DNA of 64,000 nt from the human T2T-CHM13v2.0 reference genome, Homo sapiens: the NCBI GenBank assembly GCA_009914755.4, contig CP068257.2:28224001-28288000 (forward strand), read 5' to 3'. How positions within the stretch are numbered: position 1 is the stretch's first letter; the number at the start of each line of letters is the position of its first letter. The notes beneath the pieces were generated by a model, which saw only the letters and a program-made list of their open reading frames with translations, ran no database searches and was not told where the DNA came from. The translations under genes were made by a program, and so were the position numbers. This document shows positions 60,101-64,000 of the stretch, piece by piece.

Positions 60101-63100
60101 ATTTATGAATCTCAAATAATTACATGCAAATGAAGTAATAGTAACATTAATAATGGCAGTTAACTTTTCTTAAGTATTAACCACATTCCCAAGCACTGTA
60201 CTAATCGCTTTTCATATACAAGCTCAACTAATCTTTTCAAAAGCCCAGCGAAGTAGACATAACCAATCTCATTTTACAGACAAGAAAATTGATGCTAAGA
60301 GAGGCTGTGCAATTTTCCCAGTTCTTACACATACTTAGATATGAAGCGGAGATTTAAAGGTATAGAATGTTCATAATCAGGCTCTTGAATATTTCAATAT
60401 TCACCAGTATATGTTATATCTCCTTTATCTAAATTGAAAATCTTTAAATGCAACGACCAATTCTCATCTATTTCTGGCATATTTCATAGCACATAATAAT
60501 GTGAAATGTGTGTGTGTCAATATTTATTTACCAAGCATACTATGCTCTGGTAACTAACAGAAAAATAAGCAAAGCAAATAAATAAATGTTCAGAAACAAT
60601 GCATATATCACATTATTAAATTGGTATATTACAGAAAACCTAACTGAAATGATTGTGGAAAATACCTGATACACCAACTAAGTTGCACACTTATGTTATC
60701 TTTATTATTTTATTGTTTTGTCAAGAGATATTTCAGCCCCAATTGCATCCAGCCTCTGTCTAGGTCAGCATTCTGGCAGAGAGCAGATGGCATATTCATA
60801 GAAGGTGACTGTAAGAGTATTTGGAGAAGGTGATAAGTGTACAACAGGCGAAGGGGAAGGCAAGGGATATAACTGAGAGTTAGCAACAGCTCTAAGCTAC
60901 CAGCAATGTATCAATCCTAGGGGTAAAGGGTCAAGAAGAAGAGGCACTGAGACATCTGCAGCTTTAGGAGAGAGGCACCCAAAATGAGCTAAGACCCTTG
61001 GAGGAGGAACTCAGCCACAACATCTCACATGAAATCAATAGAAAGGGAGTCAAGGAGCTCAAAGCCACAAGCTGTTCCTGTCTTCCAAGCTGATGTTGTC
61101 TTGCACTGGCCAAAAGCAATATGAAGCCTGAAGGCAAGAGACACTTGTGATGCAACTCCTAAAAGTCCACGGAGGTAAGAGGCTGGTGAAGAGTGGATCT
61201 GGAGGGGCAAACAGAGAATATCCATCATAGTCACTGCAGAAAAGTGTCTCTTGTTGGCGGAAGCATGGTTTGAGTGATTTCAGATTAGTGGCTATGCACA
61301 CAGAGGATGTATTCCAGGCTCTCTGCAAGAAGTATTACAGCAATCTGTAAGTAGAGTGAATCTCAGGGCGGTTCATAAACACACACCTACATAACTTGTT
61401 CAGGATAGGTTATACTTTCTTGAGCTTGGGAATATGAGAAACATATTCAAGGCTTTCTTTGTCTTAACTCTTCACTGAGCAAAGGTAGCACTCCCTAAAT
61501 GACTTACAGGAGAACCAAGAGTTTGCTAGAACAGAGTTTGCTGTCTATCTAGCTACACAGAGTAGATTTAATTATAGAAACAGCCATTTGATTCATTATT
61601 AAAACCATATTTTTAAATGACTTCTGTACTTTTACAAAGCATGAGGTTGAATAAACCTACGTAGTGGTTTGAAGAGGTTTAATGTGCTAAAAACAGTCCC
61701 TTTTAAGGGGCCAACGTGCTTCAGGATAGTACTTATTTTAAAAATTGATATTAAACAGTGAGGACCTCTTTGTTCCTCCATTTCTTTTATTTGTAAATAA
61801 ACCAATTAAGTTTTGAATCATTTCTGGCTGACATTCTTTGATTCCCTGTGTTCTTTGACAAGGAATGGGAGCAGGGGAGAGGTTCAGAAAAACCATTACA
61901 GGAACAAGGGCTCTCCCTGAGGCAGAATAGAAGAAGAATCAATGAAGATTTAGGCAAAGAGAAATATTTTGAATGTTTTTTTCCCAGAAATTGCCTACTC
62001 TGCTTCTTTGCTCACAGTCTCTCAGGGGATAATAAGAACATTCTACTTCATTTCTCTATTTCTTCAAAGAGAAGTTTTAAATTTTATCTTTGGGGGAGAT
62101 AGCTATTGGTTAAATAACTAGTTCTACATTGTAAATTTAACTTGAGGAATAGTTTCATTTTCCCATTATTAGAAAGGGCTACTATATGTACACACACAGT
62201 CTAACAAAAGGTATTAATAAAGAGCTAAATTGTCACTGAGCACACATGCCCTTTGACCTTTGGACGTCTGCATATGCTGTTCCCCTAGTTGGAGTCCTTT
62301 CCTTTTTCTTGAAGTCAGTTTCTAGGAATGACTTCTTTTACAGATATAAACTCACAAACTTCTTACCCTGCAAAAGTTTCTTTGACTTTCTTTAACCTTG
62401 TCGGTTTTTCCCATTACAGGAGTTCATAGAACCATGACCCTCTCATTAATAATATTTGTCGTAGTTTAGAATTAAATATTTATTTGTGTGATCATTTAAT
62501 TCACATCCGTGTGCCTTTCCATGAGCTCCATGAAAACAGACAGTCTATCCTGCTCATTCATATGTATCCAGTGGCCTGCCTATAGCAGATACTCATGAAG
62601 CTTGGAGAGCCATTGAGTGAAGTGCATTTGCATACATGATTTTGTAACTTGCTGTAGTGTCTGTTTTGTGTTTCAGATGGACATGTTTTCAGAAGAGGCA
62701 CCATACACACTGGGCAAGGGAAGTGTTATCAAAAGTGTTTTGCCATGAGTCCTCCTGATTCATGGCAAAACACTAACGTGGTATGTGGCTTCCGTTCATA
62801 CCATCTGAGAATAGATGATTGATGGTTTTATTTATTTTCTTCTGGAGCAGGATTTCCAAAGCATCTACACTAAACCTGCACTAGGTTTGTGTTCATAATC
62901 TCCAACCTAAAATTCAACCTCAGCACTGTTGGCATTCTGGGCTGGTTAGTTCCCTGTTGTGGAGGCTACCCTGTGCATTGTATGATGTCTAGTAGCACTC
63001 CTGACCTCTAACCACTAAATGCCAGTAGCAGCTTCCACCACTCCCACAGTAGAAACAAACAGAAATGTCCTCAGACATTGCCAAATGTCCCCTGGAAGAA

Positions 63101-63354
63101 AAAAAAAATGACTCGCAGTTGCATACAACTGTTCTAGAGGAGTTCCTTGACAGATTCAAATCAATATATAAGTGTAATGGAAAGGGTGCTGTTGAAATAC
63201 TAGTGCAAGGTTTTTCCAATATATTTCACAGTAGAAAAGACCAGTTCAGCATGTTAGTCCTCATTGCAAGGCCCACTAAGATTATTAATTCAAATTGTTG
63301 CCATTCTTAATGGTTTTACTCATGGTTAAAAAAGTATCTTAATCTGTAATCATT

Positions 63355-63612
63355 CTGTAGTAAAAGTTGAGTTTTCATAAATCAAATAAACAAACAAAAA
63401 AATACACCAGACTTATAACATCTAGAATTTCACTCAGGTTCCCTTCGTTTTTAATTAAGTCTTTTGAATTTGGTTCTCAAGTAAAAGTTTCAAGAAAAAG
63501 TTGAGTTTTCACGAATCAAATAAATAAATAAAAATATAGGCCAGACTTCTAACATCTAAAATTTCACTCAGGTTCCCTTTGTTTTTAATTAAGTCTTTTG
63601 AATTTGGTTTTG
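63355..63612. repeat. Tandem segmental duplication, about 125 bp x 2 (copy 1 about 63361-63475, copy 2 about 63481-63612), moderately diverged
   Basis: Copy 1 reads taaaagttgagttttcataaatcaaataaacaaacaaaaaaatacaccagacttataacatctagaatttcactcaggttcccttcgtttttaattaagtcttttgaatttggtt. Copy 2 reads aaaaagttgagttttcacgaatcaaataaataaataaaaatataggccagacttctaacatctaaaatttcactcaggttccctttgtttttaattaagtcttttgaatttggtt. Confidence 0.85.
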
Positions 63613-64000
63613 TTTCTCTGCACATAAGCTCACTTTAATATTGCTATACAAATTAACGTACGCTAAAACTTGACAAATAGAATTGGACAAGGTTCTAGAG
63701 GAAATTTAGTTGTAGTAAACTGAAAATTTTGGTTTAAAAATTACCATTGACAATACACTTCTTGCATTTCCTAGGTACTAGGTGCTCATTACTTTAAGAC
63801 AATCTAAGAATAATTTTGCAGGTAAGTAGATTTACCTTTGCTTTTGATAGCATCCTAAAGTAGTCCTTCTGGGTGATACTATTGTTTTGTAAATAAAGGT
63901 AGATGAAAGAAAGGATTAGCAATTATCCCAATCTAGATTATGCAAGCTACTAAGTTGGACAATGTGTTCACAAGATGCCTTTTTCCGCTCTTGGGTTACA

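Overview
This window is primate (almost certainly human) nuclear DNA, not prokaryotic. That call rests on about 12 Alu SINE copies or fragments in both orientations, a 5'-truncated LINE-1 of about 4.2 kb with a decayed ORF2, a second L1 3'-end fragment, several solo ERVL-MaLR LTRs (THE1/MST-like and MLT1-like), a MITE-like DNA-transposon relic, and many microsatellites. Base composition is AT-rich with strong CpG depletion and no CpG island. I found no convincing host protein-coding exon, no rRNA or tRNA gene, no CRISPR array and no operon-like gene cluster. The longest ORFs in the six-frame track are either L1 ORF2 fragments or translations of (GAAA)n/(TTTC)n microsatellites and Alus. The window therefore looks intergenic or deep-intronic, and I see no evidence for a novel prokaryote-style biological system.

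The most unusual structures are:
- an interleaved 'A' B' A B' inverted-duplication locus of about 2 kb at roughly 9.06-11.03 kb, with a later Alu insertion in one arm;
- a perfect 44-bp inverted repeat exactly at the 5' junction of an L1 fragment (757-851);
- tandem segmental duplications inside an MLT1-type LTR (about 20.64-20.88 kb) and at 63.36-63.61 kb;
- a TIR-bounded, CpG-retaining MITE-like element whose 3' terminus is duplicated (about 15.68-16.50 kb);
- two long purine/pyrimidine compound microsatellites derived from Alu tails.

All coordinates are approximate (±5-20 bp) because they were read by eye without alignment tools.
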